DNA of 32,000 nt from Tissierella sp. (GCF_031460495.1 NZ_JAVKTS010000002.1:209332-241331); one strand, 5' to 3'; counted from the first letter of the stretch, positions 18,533 to 27,187 are shown. Notes: a model not told the origin generated them from the sequence alone. Made by a program: numbers and translations.

Positions 18533-21052
18533 ATGGCAGAACTTAATTTAAAACAGATAACAGATAAACTAAATAGCGAATTTGCATCAGATATCCGTAA
18601 GCTAGTCTTCTGGTATGATGCTAATGCAGAATTTGTATCAGATATAGATACATTGGAACTTGAGAATGCAAAGATTTTCAGACTTGAGAGAGACAATCAG
18701 TTTCATACGAAATATTTCTTAGAGCGTAAAGATACAAAAACTAATTATTTAATATATGCACCTTTTCCAAAGCCAGCACTAAAGGACAATCATCTGGCAG
18801 ATACAATACGCTATTCCAAAGAGTTTTTTGCAGACAGAGCCTCATTACTGGCGATCGATTTAGGTATTGATGAGAAGTATAAGCCTGTGCTACAACATTA
18901 TATTAAGTTCTTTGGGGCGAAAGATAGAACACAAAAGTTTTATGAATTGGAAATTGAGAATTTTAATAAACCAGTTATAGAAACAGCACTTATGAGTGTA
19001 ATTTGCAAGACTAAGGTTGTTTCATTTGAGGAAATTGTCAGGACCATGATTTCAGAGGGAGAGTTAGAGAATAATAAATATTTGGCTGAATTTGAGAAGT
19101 ATGATTTGATAGAACCTTTCTGGAAGATGTGTGAGGAAACCTTTGGATACACAGATATTGTACCGTCTTTATCAAAACTTATTTACACATTGTTTGTGAC
19201 CTATACCTCAAAGGTGATTCATACAGAGCTTCCACAAGCATGGAGAAATTATTGTTCTTATAAATCAGGGAATATCATAGCTTTTTTGGATAGTTTAATG
19301 AATAGCCTGATTTATAATGAGAACTTCGATGAACTTTCACAGATGGTATATGACAGCTTAAAAGGTGACGATATCTTTGAAAGAATAGGGACAGATAATA
19401 TAGTTGATTGTGAAATATTCCGTAAGGTTGATATCTTCATAATTAAATGGCTTATTGCAAGGCTTGAGAATGAAGATACCGATGCTAAATTGCATGGATA
19501 TACTATACCGGAAATTTGTCGTTTAAGAAGAAAGATGCACTATAGAAAGATATATTATTCCCATTACTATATTATTGAAAATGCCTATTACCTGATTCTT
19601 GCAGCTCACTTTGAGCCTAAGAAAACAATAGAAGAAATAGCAAATCAATATATTGTAAAAGATTATATGATTGACCAGAAATATCGCTATTTCTATTTTC
19701 ACTTTGATAAAGTGTTAAATAATACCCCATATGAATCTCTTCGTGATTTGGTAGAGAATATTTATACAAATAAATTCTTAGATGAATTGTCCGTAGAGTG
19801 GAACAAGGCCTTAGTAGATGCGAAAGCAGATACAGGGCTTATAAAACAGCAGGAATTTTTTAATAGATATATAAGAAACTCCAAAGAACGTGTTGTTGTT
19901 ATTATATCCGATGCACTCCGCTTTGAAGTAGGGCAAACCCTAATGAAAAGGTTGCAGGAAGATGAAAAATGTACAGCGAAGATTGCAGCAATGCAAAGTG
20001 TCTTACCTTCCTATACGAGATTTGGTATGTCAGCATTACTCCCACATAAAGAACTTTCTATGAGTGATGACTATAAGATTTTAGTAGATGGTAAGGTATG
20101 TGATGATTTAAAGTCGAGAGAACAAATACTACAAACTTATGTGCCAAATAGTCGAACAGTCCAATTTGATGACATAAAAACAATGAAGATAGCTGATTTG
20201 AAGGAGATATTCGTTGGACAGGATGTTGTATATATATATCATAATCAGATAGATGCCAGAGGTGATAAGCTAAATACTGAAAATGAAGTCTTTATTGCCT
20301 GCGAAGAAGCTGTAGAAGAGATTCATACTATGATAAAAAGACTTACAAGTGCCAATAACATTCATTTTATAATAACGGCAGATCATGGATTCATCTATAA
20401 ACGTGACAAACTAGCTGAAAGTGATAAAATTGGTGGCTTTCATAAGAATAATGCTTTGGTTGGCAGACGATATGTTGTTGCAAACGAAAGAGTGAATGCA
20501 GATGGTATTGGAAGTGTTACACTAGGGGATATATTAGGGAGTGATGATCAAAGGGTAGTTTCAGTTCCAATAGGCAGCGATGTTTTCAAAGTGTCTGGAG
20601 GAGGCCAAAACTATGTGCATGGCGGTTCTTCATTACAGGAATTGATTATCCCTGTCATAGATGTAAGAACTAACAAATATCATACAGAAACTAAAACGGT
20701 AAGTATTGGACTTGTGAGCTTGGTGCATAAGATTACCAATCTTATGACTAATCTTGATTTTATCCAGACAGATCCAGTTACTGATATTAATAAAGAGACG
20801 GTTTATAAACTGTTCTTTATCTCAGATGATAATGAAAAAATTTCAAATGATAATATCTACGTTGCAGATAAAAAAGATAAAGATGCAAGTAAGCGAATAT
20901 TCCGATTAAAGTTTACTTTTAAGAATAAACAATATGGTAAAAACAGAAAATATTACCTTGTTGCCTATGATGAAAAAAATGCACTTGAAGTGATTCGTCA
21001 TGAGGTAAAGATGGACTTAGCATTTGTTGATGATTTCGGGTTTAATGTTTAG
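18533..21052 (+). CDS. pglZ: BREX alkaline-phosphatase-superfamily protein PglZ
   Basis: 839 aa. 'VVVIISDALRFE' and 'IITADHGF' are PglZ-domain motifs. AGGTGGTGA RBS. Confidence 0.9.
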   Translation: MAELNLKQITDKLNSEFASDIRKLVFWYDANAEFVSDIDTLELENAKIFRLERDNQFHTKYFLERKDTKTNYLIYAPFPKPALKDNHLADTIRYSKEFFADRASLLAIDLGIDEKYKPVLQHYIKFFGAKDRTQKFYELEIENFNKPVIETALMSVICKTKVVSFEEIVRTMISEGELENNKYLAEFEKYDLIEPFWKMCEETFGYTDIVPSLSKLIYTLFVTYTSKVIHTELPQAWRNYCSYKSGNIIAFLDSLMNSLIYNENFDELSQMVYDSLKGDDIFERIGTDNIVDCEIFRKVDIFIIKWLIARLENEDTDAKLHGYTIPEICRLRRKMHYRKIYYSHYYIIENAYYLILAAHFEPKKTIEEIANQYIVKDYMIDQKYRYFYFHFDKVLNNTPYESLRDLVENIYTNKFLDELSVEWNKALVDAKADTGLIKQQEFFNRYIRNSKERVVVIISDALRFEVGQTLMKRLQEDEKCTAKIAAMQSVLPSYTRFGMSALLPHKELSMSDDYKILVDGKVCDDLKSREQILQTYVPNSRTVQFDDIKTMKIADLKEIFVGQDVVYIYHNQIDARGDKLNTENEVFIACEEAVEEIHTMIKRLTSANNIHFIITADHGFIYKRDKLAESDKIGGFHKNNALVGRRYVVANERVNADGIGSVTLGDILGSDDQRVVSVPIGSDVFKVSGGGQNYVHGGSSLQELIIPVIDVRTNKYHTETKTVSIGLVSLVHKITNLMTNLDFIQTDPVTDINKETVYKLFFISDDNEKISNDNIYVADKKDKDASKRIFRLKFTFKNKQYGKNRKYYLVAYDEKNALEVIRHEVKMDLAFVDDFGFNV

Positions 21053-21069
21053 TTTAGGAGGATGGCAGA

Positions 21070-23139
21070 ATGGCTGATTTAAATAAATTTGATGAAGTAG
21101 ATAATCCCAATACTGTCATAAATAAAAAGCTAAGACAGTATTTTGACGGGAAGATAGTCCGAAAGGATTTGACAAAATCTATTAAAGAGGGAGCTAATGT
21201 ACCCATTTACGTTCTGGAATTTTTATTGGGGCAATATTGTAGCTCTGATGATCCGGACATTATTGAAGAAGGAGTAAAAACAGTAAAAAAAATTCTAGCA
21301 GATAATTTTGTTCGCCCTGATGAAGCACAGAAGGTTTTATCTATTTTGCGTGAACAAGGTAGTTATACAGTAATAGACCGTATTACTGCTAAACTTAATA
21401 TTAAGCAAGATCGATACGAAGCAGAATTCTCGAATCTAGGAGTTAGGGAAATACTCCTTGCTCCTGATTATGTATCTAAGTTCGACAGATTACTTTGTGG
21501 TGGTATTTGGTGCATTGTTCAACTTGAATATGAATTTTTAGAAGAAGACAAAAGAGCAACTCCCATTCGTGTGAGGAAATTGACACCAATTCAGATGCCT
21601 CATATTGAGTTAGATGAAATAAAGGAAGCCAGAAAAGAATTTACAAAAGATGAGTGGATTAATATTTTACTTCGTTCTACAGGTATGGAACCAGATAAAT
21701 TTACTGAACGTGAAAAATGGCTTCTCCTTGCTCGTATGATTCCACTTGTAGAAAACAATTTTAATCTTTGTGAACTTGGTCCTCGTAGTACAGGTAAGTC
21801 CCATATTTACAAAGAGATATCACCTAATAGCATTCTTGTATCTGGAGGTCAAACTACAGTTGCTAATCTTTTTTATAACATGGCCAATAAGACAATTGGT
21901 CTGGTTGGAATGTGGGATTGTGTTGCTTTTGATGAGGTTGCAGGGATTACCTTTAAAGATAAAGACGGTATTCAGATTATGAAGGATTATATGGCATCAG
22001 GTTCATTTGCTCGTGGGAAAGAGGAAAAGGCTGCGAGTGCATCTATGGTTTTTGTAGGTAATATTAATCAAAGTGTGGATGTACTACTAAAAACCTCTCA
22101 TTTATTCGAGCCATTTCCAGAAGCTATGGCTTATGATACTGCTTTCCTTGACCGTATGCATTGTTATATCCCTGGTTGGGAAATACCGAAGTATAGACCA
22201 GATTTCTTTACAAATGAATATGGATTTATAACGGATTATTTTTCTGAATTTATGCGTGAAATGCGTAAAGAACAGTTTAGTGATATAAGTGATAAATATT
22301 TTAGATTTGGTTCTAACTTAAACCAACGTGATGTTATTGGTGTCAGAAAAATGATATCAGGGTTTGCTAAGCTTCTCTATCCAAACGAGGAATTTACAAA
22401 AGAAGATATAGCTGAGATAGTGACTATATCACTTGAACTAAGAAGACGTGTAAAAGAACAGCTTAAAAAGATAGGTGGAATGGAATTTTATGATGTGAAT
22501 TTCTCCTACATAGATAATGAAACCTTTGAAGAACATTATGTATCAGTTCCAGAACAAGGTGGAGGCAAATTGATTCCTGAAGGCATCAGTAACCCTGGAC
22601 ATGTGTATACCATATCAAGAGGTAAAACTGGTATGATAGGAGTCTATCGTTTGGAAACACAAGTTTTACCGGGCAATGGAAAATTTGAACGCACTGGTCT
22701 TGGTACTGATAGAGAAGCTAGAGAGGCTACTAATACTGCATTTAACTATCTAAAAGCTAATGGTCATTCAATCAGCAACTCTATTAGTACGACAACAAAA
22801 GATTACATCATAAATTATCAGGATTTAAATGGAATAGGAATTACTAAATACTTAACCTTACCTACACTAATTGCAATTGCATCAGCAGCACTAAATAAGC
22901 CAACCTTAAGTAGTCTTGCTGTTTTAGGTGATATCAGTATCAGTGGAACAATTTTAAAAGTAGAGGAATTGGCCAGTGTATTGCAAGTATGCCTAGATAG
23001 CGGAGCAAAGAAGGTGTTACTACCAATTACATCTGCAGCAGAGATGGGAACAGTGCCATCGGATTTGATGGGTGCTTTTAGCATAATATTTTATTCAACG
23101 CCACAAGAAGCAGTGTTTAAAGCTTTAGGTGTAGAGTAA
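21070..23139 (+). CDS. brxL: BREX Lon-like ATPase/protease-domain protein BrxL
   Basis: 689 aa. Walker A 'GPRSTGKSH', Walker B-like 'VAFDEVAG', C-terminal Lon-protease-like fold ('AVLGDISISGTILKV...GAKKVLLP'). AGGAGG RBS. Confidence 0.9.
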   Translation: MADLNKFDEVDNPNTVINKKLRQYFDGKIVRKDLTKSIKEGANVPIYVLEFLLGQYCSSDDPDIIEEGVKTVKKILADNFVRPDEAQKVLSILREQGSYTVIDRITAKLNIKQDRYEAEFSNLGVREILLAPDYVSKFDRLLCGGIWCIVQLEYEFLEEDKRATPIRVRKLTPIQMPHIELDEIKEARKEFTKDEWINILLRSTGMEPDKFTEREKWLLLARMIPLVENNFNLCELGPRSTGKSHIYKEISPNSILVSGGQTTVANLFYNMANKTIGLVGMWDCVAFDEVAGITFKDKDGIQIMKDYMASGSFARGKEEKAASASMVFVGNINQSVDVLLKTSHLFEPFPEAMAYDTAFLDRMHCYIPGWEIPKYRPDFFTNEYGFITDYFSEFMREMRKEQFSDISDKYFRFGSNLNQRDVIGVRKMISGFAKLLYPNEEFTKEDIAEIVTISLELRRRVKEQLKKIGGMEFYDVNFSYIDNETFEEHYVSVPEQGGGKLIPEGISNPGHVYTISRGKTGMIGVYRLETQVLPGNGKFERTGLGTDREAREATNTAFNYLKANGHSISNSISTTTKDYIINYQDLNGIGITKYLTLPTLIAIASAALNKPTLSSLAVLGDISISGTILKVEELASVLQVCLDSGAKKVLLPITSAAEMGTVPSDLMGAFSIIFYSTPQEAVFKALGVE

Positions 23140-23237
23140 AGGGGATTTTGTGGAGAAGAGAAAGAATCAAAAAAAGACTGTATACGAGGCGAAAGTATAA
23201 CTATCTCAATAATGCGGATATGGAGGGGCAAGTCATT

Positions 23238-23978
23238 ATGACTACTACACTAGTTAATTTTTTATTGATAAATAGTAGTGCTTTATCAATTGATATGTTT
23301 AGCTATACAGAAGACATTATGAAAGTACTATTCAAAAAAGGGTTAATAACTCAATTTAGTATTAGTGATGCAAGAGCAGATTTTGGCGATGGTACATGTA
23401 TTGTTGAGATTGTGGATACTATATACACATCAGAATATATTTACATAAAAGGCGAAGAAAAAACACATTGGCAGTTGATTTTCGAATTTGGAACATTTAC
23501 ATCATCTAGTCAGTTGCAAATAAAAATTAACTCGAATGATTATGACGTAAAAGTTGCTGATAACTATTTAGAACAACTAAAACTTTCTATCAAGAATATT
23601 GTCAAATCAGATTGGGAAAGAACTATTTGGCTAATGGATAAGGACTCTGAAATTTTGTCAATTACTCTTTATCCGAGTGTTTATAGAGTAGAAAACATGA
23701 CACGACAGTTGATAAGTGAAATAATGACTAAGGAGTATGGTATTGGTTGGTGGGATGCATATGTTCCGATACAAATAAGAAATAAGCACAAAGTCAGATT
23801 GAGTGGGTATAAATCAATTGCCCCAGGATTTGCGAATGTCGATGAAAGACTAATGTCTATTGATATTGGGGATTTAAATTCCATACTCACTTTGAAAGAG
23901 AAAAAGTGGAACCCATCATTCAGCACAGAAATAAACAATTTCTTAATAACCAGTCAGATATTAAGCTTGAAAAAATGA
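23238..23978 (+). CDS. Hypothetical protein; the C-terminal part looks like the first half of a Swt1-like HEPN domain
   Basis: GGAGGGG at 23222-23228 then ATG at 23238, preferred over the basic TTG-initiated extension from 23148. 'VENMTRQLISEIMTKEYGIGWWDAYVPIQIRNKH...IDIGDLNSIL' matches the E..lR..I...G..WW...P pattern of Swt1-type HEPN as I recall it. There is no RX4-6H in this ORF. Confidence 0.55.
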   Translation: MTTTLVNFLLINSSALSIDMFSYTEDIMKVLFKKGLITQFSISDARADFGDGTCIVEIVDTIYTSEYIYIKGEEKTHWQLIFEFGTFTSSSQLQIKINSNDYDVKVADNYLEQLKLSIKNIVKSDWERTIWLMDKDSEILSITLYPSVYRVENMTRQLISEIMTKEYGIGWWDAYVPIQIRNKHKVRLSGYKSIAPGFANVDERLMSIDIGDLNSILTLKEKKWNPSFSTEINNFLITSQILSLKK

Positions 23979-25006
23979 AAGAAGTATTATCTGACCAAAT
24001 GGAAGTTACCCTCGATCTGTGGGGAGAACAGTTTTCAAAATATTTATCAGAAGATTTTATAAAGAATTTTAAAACATTTGAGTTAAACCGTAACCATGTT
24101 GTTCATAACAAATTGATTGATCGTACGGCATATAGTAGTATATTCAACTCTATAAATATAGTAGAAGTAGAACTAAAAAAAGCATTGCAGAAAGTCGGGG
24201 AAATTGTTGTTTCCAGAGAACAAAGGGATGCAATTGAAGAACAAATGTATATAGCTCAACAGGAATCAGAAGCCGCGCTACATGAAATAATGGAGTCAGA
24301 GACTGGTGTTGAAATTAGGAATTCAGAGGAAATCATCGACTTGTATGACGAGTATTTATATCAATTTCACTCAGAACTTCAAGATTATTTAAGATTTCGC
24401 AATGACTTAGAAGTTGGAGAATATCAAAATATTTTATCTAAAAATAATGCTGGTACATTGTTTGAAATTACATATAAAATTAACGATAAAGTAGCCATAG
24501 TTAGCTATTCTATTGAATCTATTGATGATTCTCAGGGCGGAGAAAGTACTGTCGAGATAATAATTACATTAGATGAAAAAAGCGAATCTCATTCAATTAC
24601 TTATAGGAATGGAGAGGTGGTTTTTAACTCATACCAAGGGTGCTATTTACCAGAAACTCAAGATGCTATTTCCACAGAAGACATAGGTTTGCTAAAGGAT
24701 TATCTTGTAGAATTTCTCGATACTTATTTTGAAAATATTCGTGAGAAAGTGGATTCAGAAATGTATTCGATTATAAAAGATGGTGGGAATAGTCCCGTGG
24801 CGGACATTTCATGCTGTGAGTGTGGTGAAGAGTATATCTGTGTAGATGAAAATTATGGTGTATTTGGACAATGTCTAAATTGCGGAGAGATGAACGAAAT
24901 TTGTTTATGCGACAGGTGTGGTTGCTATTTTGAAGGTGAATCAAACGAATATAGAGATGCTCCAAACTTGTGTGATAGTTGTCAAGACTATTACGAAAAT
25001 CAATGA
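23975..25006 (+). CDS. Hypothetical protein with an N-terminal HEPN RX4H segment and a C-terminal four-CxxC zinc-ribbon cluster
   Basis: The ATG at 23975 overlaps the upstream TGA (ATGA). This frame is open from 23864. 'LWGEQF...FELNRNHVVHNKLID' carries RX4H at 24089-24106. The C-terminus reads 'CCECG...CLNCG...CDRCGC...CDSC'. Confidence 0.55.
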   Translation: MKEVLSDQMEVTLDLWGEQFSKYLSEDFIKNFKTFELNRNHVVHNKLIDRTAYSSIFNSINIVEVELKKALQKVGEIVVSREQRDAIEEQMYIAQQESEAALHEIMESETGVEIRNSEEIIDLYDEYLYQFHSELQDYLRFRNDLEVGEYQNILSKNNAGTLFEITYKINDKVAIVSYSIESIDDSQGGESTVEIIITLDEKSESHSITYRNGEVVFNSYQGCYLPETQDAISTEDIGLLKDYLVEFLDTYFENIREKVDSEMYSIIKDGGNSPVADISCCECGEEYICVDENYGVFGQCLNCGEMNEICLCDRCGCYFEGESNEYRDAPNLCDSCQDYYENQ

Positions 25007-25029
25007 AAGGACAAAAGAATTCTAAATTA

Positions 25030-25060
25030 AGCTCCCACTGTTCTAAGAATAGCAGGAGCT
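25030..25060. terminator. Hairpin between convergent genes (end of the BREX operon / end of immA)
   Basis: AGCTCC (25030-25035) pairs with GGAGCT (25055-25060), with further internal pairing. It lies exactly between the 25006 stop and the 25061 stop. The flanking T-tracts are weak. Confidence 0.45.
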
Positions 25061-25600
25061 TTACACTTTTATCTTCTTTAAAAAATCACCTTCAGGACGA
25101 TAAGGTACATTAAAATCATATCCCATTTTATTCATTTCCTGCATTTTTATTAGAAGTAGATTAATATGTGAATTTAACATGCTTGAAATTTGCACTATAT
25201 CATAACCATCTCGTGCTAGAGCTAATACCTCATCATTATCAATTAACAAATGAGAACCAAAGATATTGGCTTCGTATTCGGTAGTATTTTTCATATCAAA
25301 AAGTTCAAATTCCTTAAGACCATTACTGGCTAAATTTCTATGAAAAATATCATGACCGATTTCATGAGCTAATACCATCTGCCGCATGTGGTCATCTAAA
25401 TTATTATTAATAAAGATAATACGTTGTTTCCAACGATAGGTATACATGCCAAGTAGGTCATCATAATTCTCATAATAAATTTTGATACCAAGTTCATTGG
25501 CAATCTGTCTGGTATCCCTTGTCCCTATACGGTTGACAAGAGCATTTGCTTTCTTATATATTCTGAAAGAGTCAATCAAAGCAGCACCCCCTGTATACAA
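25061..25600 (-). CDS. ImmA/IrrE-family zinc metallopeptidase (anti-repressor protease)
   Basis: 'LAHEIGHDIFH' is an HExxH motif. About 179 aa, directly downstream of an XRE repressor gene as in ImmR/ImmA modules. Confidence 0.85.
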   Translation of the reverse strand: MYTGGAALIDSFRIYKKANALVNRIGTRDTRQIANELGIKIYYENYDDLLGMYTYRWKQRIIFINNNLDDHMRQMVLAHEIGHDIFHRNLASNGLKEFELFDMKNTTEYEANIFGSHLLIDNDEVLALARDGYDIVQISSMLNSHINLLLIKMQEMNKMGYDFNVPYRPEGDFLKKIKV

Positions 25601-25638
25601 TCTACTATTCCCCTGTTATTATACTAAAAAAGTTGGAC

Positions 25639-26061
25639 TTATTCATTATTATCGTCATCTGTTCTATATTTTTTAGGAGTGTACTTTTTGTTTTCCTCTT
25701 TGGCGTCCCAATAAGCTTGTTGTAAGGAGCGCATAACAGCATCCTTATCTGCTTCTGATAATTCACCACCTGCAAATAATCCACCAATTTCAGCAACTAA
25801 GTCTTCAGCTTGTCTTGCACCATGATTGCCATATTTAGTTTTTGCCTTTGTGATAAATTCTTCATCTTCGGTTAAAAGATAATTAATATCGACATTAAAA
25901 AGTGTAGCTAATTTGGAATAAACTTCTCGTTTCTTTGGATAGCTGTTACTATTTTCGTAGCTAATAATTGTACGTAGTGAAACACCGATTTCTTTTGCCA
26001 AATCAGTCTGGGTCATATCTTTCCCTTTCCGTAAGTCTCTAAGTTTTTCTCCAAATCTCAT
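25639..26061 (-). CDS. XRE-family HTH repressor (ImmR-like)
   Basis: AAGGAGG then ATG at 26061 (minus strand). 'MRFGEKLRDLRKGKDMTQTDLAKEIGVSLRTIISYENSNSYP' is a canonical HTH_3. The longer ORF from 26094 lacks an RBS. Confidence 0.85.
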   Translation of the reverse strand: MRFGEKLRDLRKGKDMTQTDLAKEIGVSLRTIISYENSNSYPKKREVYSKLATLFNVDINYLLTEDEEFITKAKTKYGNHGARQAEDLVAEIGGLFAGGELSEADKDAVMRSLQQAYWDAKEENKKYTPKKYRTDDDNNE

Positions 26062-26110
26062 AATATCCTCCTTGAATATGAAGTTATATTTCATAAAACG
26101 TATTTTACTA

Positions 26111-26139
26111 TTGACATATGATGGTTATCTTCATATAAT
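26111..26139 (+). promoter_or_regulatory. Consensus sigma-70 promoter driving rightward genes
   Basis: TTGACA (26111-26116), exactly 17 nt, TATAAT (26134-26139). Confidence 0.75.
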
Positions 26140-26141
26140 AT

Positions 26142-26190
26142 AAATGTGAAGAATAACTACACATACTATAGTACATAAATCTTCACATTT
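26142..26190. promoter_or_regulatory. 11-bp perfect inverted repeat (putative XRE operator pair) plus a related half-site in the promoter spacer
   Basis: AAATGTGAAGA (26142-26152) and TCTTCACATTT (26180-26190). A related ATCTTCATAT lies at 26127-26136, overlapping the -10 element. A tandem GTCAATA x2 lies at 26192-26205. Confidence 0.6.
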
Positions 26191-26196
26191 TGTCAA
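26168..26196 (-). promoter_or_regulatory. Candidate leftward promoter for the XRE/ImmA operon
   Basis: The minus strand reads TTGACA (plus 26191-26196), 17 nt, TACTAT (plus 26168-26173). It overlaps the right operator arm. Confidence 0.5.
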
Positions 26197-26267
26197 TAGT
26201 CAATAAAAATATGGGGTGGGGAATATAACATGTAAATTAAATACCCCTAAAACAACGGAGGTATGGG

Positions 26268-26849
26268 ATGAGACTTACAAGAAACATGAAGAATATTTCA
26301 AAGATGTATGAGGGTATGAACCTTGATGAGGAACAGGTTTTTCATAAATCAAAACTTGTTCTTGCTATATACAGGGATGTAGTATGGAGAACCATTCAAG
26401 AAGCTAATTATGTAAGGGAAGCATGTGAGTCATATTATAGCAATGAACTTGCTACAGCTTTAACATATTTAAATGATTTTGCACCTACTGAAAAGAAGGA
26501 CAAGTTTAGTGATAAAGTTTCCTGTATTTTTGAGACTAAATGGATGATAGATCTTGTAGATACAGCAATGATTAAAATTTATAATTATCATACAAATGGA
26601 AAGCTGTATCATGAAATATTGTCAAAATGCTATATTACAGCATATCCAATGACAGAAACAGAAATACTAGAATATCTTTCTATTGAGCGGACAAGTTTCT
26701 ATACAAAAAAGAAAGAGGCAATAAAACTATTTGGAATTGCACTTTGGGGATATTCCTTGCCAAAATATCAAGCTATATTTAATGGGACAAGTACTATAGA
26801 AGAAAATGAGTTACTATATTTCTTTGAAGAAAAACAAAATGCGTACTAA
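26268..26849 (+). CDS. Putative sigma-like/ArpU-type transcriptional regulator (C-terminal HTH)
   Basis: GGAGG at 26257-26261. The C-terminal 'TETEILEYLSIERTSFYTKKKEAIKLFGIAL' resembles a sigma region-4-like HTH. Its position after the switch is typical of element activators. Confidence 0.45.
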   Translation: MRLTRNMKNISKMYEGMNLDEEQVFHKSKLVLAIYRDVVWRTIQEANYVREACESYYSNELATALTYLNDFAPTEKKDKFSDKVSCIFETKWMIDLVDTAMIKIYNYHTNGKLYHEILSKCYITAYPMTETEILEYLSIERTSFYTKKKEAIKLFGIALWGYSLPKYQAIFNGTSTIEENELLYFFEEKQNAY

Positions 26850-26963
26850 GTGTGAACTAAAGTTGAACTAGATACGAACCATATACGTACTGACTTTGAA
26901 TTGTCAATAGCCTATACTCTGTATTATGGGGAAGTAATGGCCTAAAATAAAATAACAATCAAG

Positions 26964-26994
26964 AACCTCGGCATTTATGTCGGGGTTATTTTTA
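26964..26994 (+). terminator. Intrinsic terminator (first of a tandem pair)
   Basis: AACCTCGGCA-TTTA-TGTCGGGGTT forms a stem with 2 G.U pairs (plus strand only), then ATTTTTAT. Confidence 0.5.
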
Positions 26995-27027
26995 TGCCCA
27001 TTTCTCCAAATATATGGTGCTGAAGAA

Positions 27028-27069
27028 GCCTGGAATAACAAATTAATGTTGTTCCGGGCTTTTTCTTTA
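27028..27069 (+). terminator. Intrinsic terminator (second of a tandem pair)
   Basis: GCCTGGAATAACA / TGTTGTTCCGGGC forms a 13-bp stem with 2 G.U pairs, followed by TTTTTCTTT. Confidence 0.7.
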
Positions 27070-27187
27070 CCCAAAAACAGGGGGAAACATGGAACAGCCA
27101 AAGTCTAGCTTACATACTAAATGCCGTTCTCCTCCTTTTTCTGATGATTACATTCATTTTTAAAAATCAGAAAACGGAGGAATTAGA

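Larger units (their letters stand above)
9108..25006 (+). other. Defence island: extended type 1 BREX operon (HTH + brxABC-pglX-[PLD]-pglZ-brxL + HEPN/zinc-ribbon ORFs)
   Basis: Ten same-strand ORFs with short gaps or overlaps, and no convincing terminator until the hairpin at 25030-25060. Confidence 0.8.

Noticed and set aside
22800-23000. The BrxL Lon-like domain seems to have 'NGIGITK' where Lon proteases carry the catalytic 'DGPSAG' serine.
   Set aside because: An alignment by eye of a divergent domain is unreliable, and BrxL Lon-like domains are known to be atypical. Not reported as a finding.
23148-23237. N-terminal extension MWRRERIKKRLYTRRKYNYLNNADMEGQVI of the post-brxL ORF. Similar track-derived early starts occur at 5088, 6527, 26094(-) and 28247.
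   Set aside because: In each case an internal ATG has a much better Shine-Dalgarno sequence at correct spacing. The extensions start at TTG/GTG or lack an RBS.
5538-24965. Many 60-100-aa ORFs in the supplied track that are nested in, or antisense to, the long genes. Examples: 5538-5819(-), 5927-6217(-), 7467-7709(+), 9626-9892(-), 10160-10435(-), 11167-11355(-), 11982-12194(-), 13661-13879(+), 13707-14009(-), 14309-14620(+), 16034-16246(-), 17136-17327(-), 17461-17754(-), 17483-17698(+), 18418-18696(-), 18940-19152(-), 21770-21982(+), 22818-23084(-), 23681-23938(-), 24771-24965(-).
   Set aside because: Each lies wholly inside a long ORF with strong motif support. They have no RBS and a low-complexity, hydrophobic composition typical of alternate-frame noise in AT-rich DNA.
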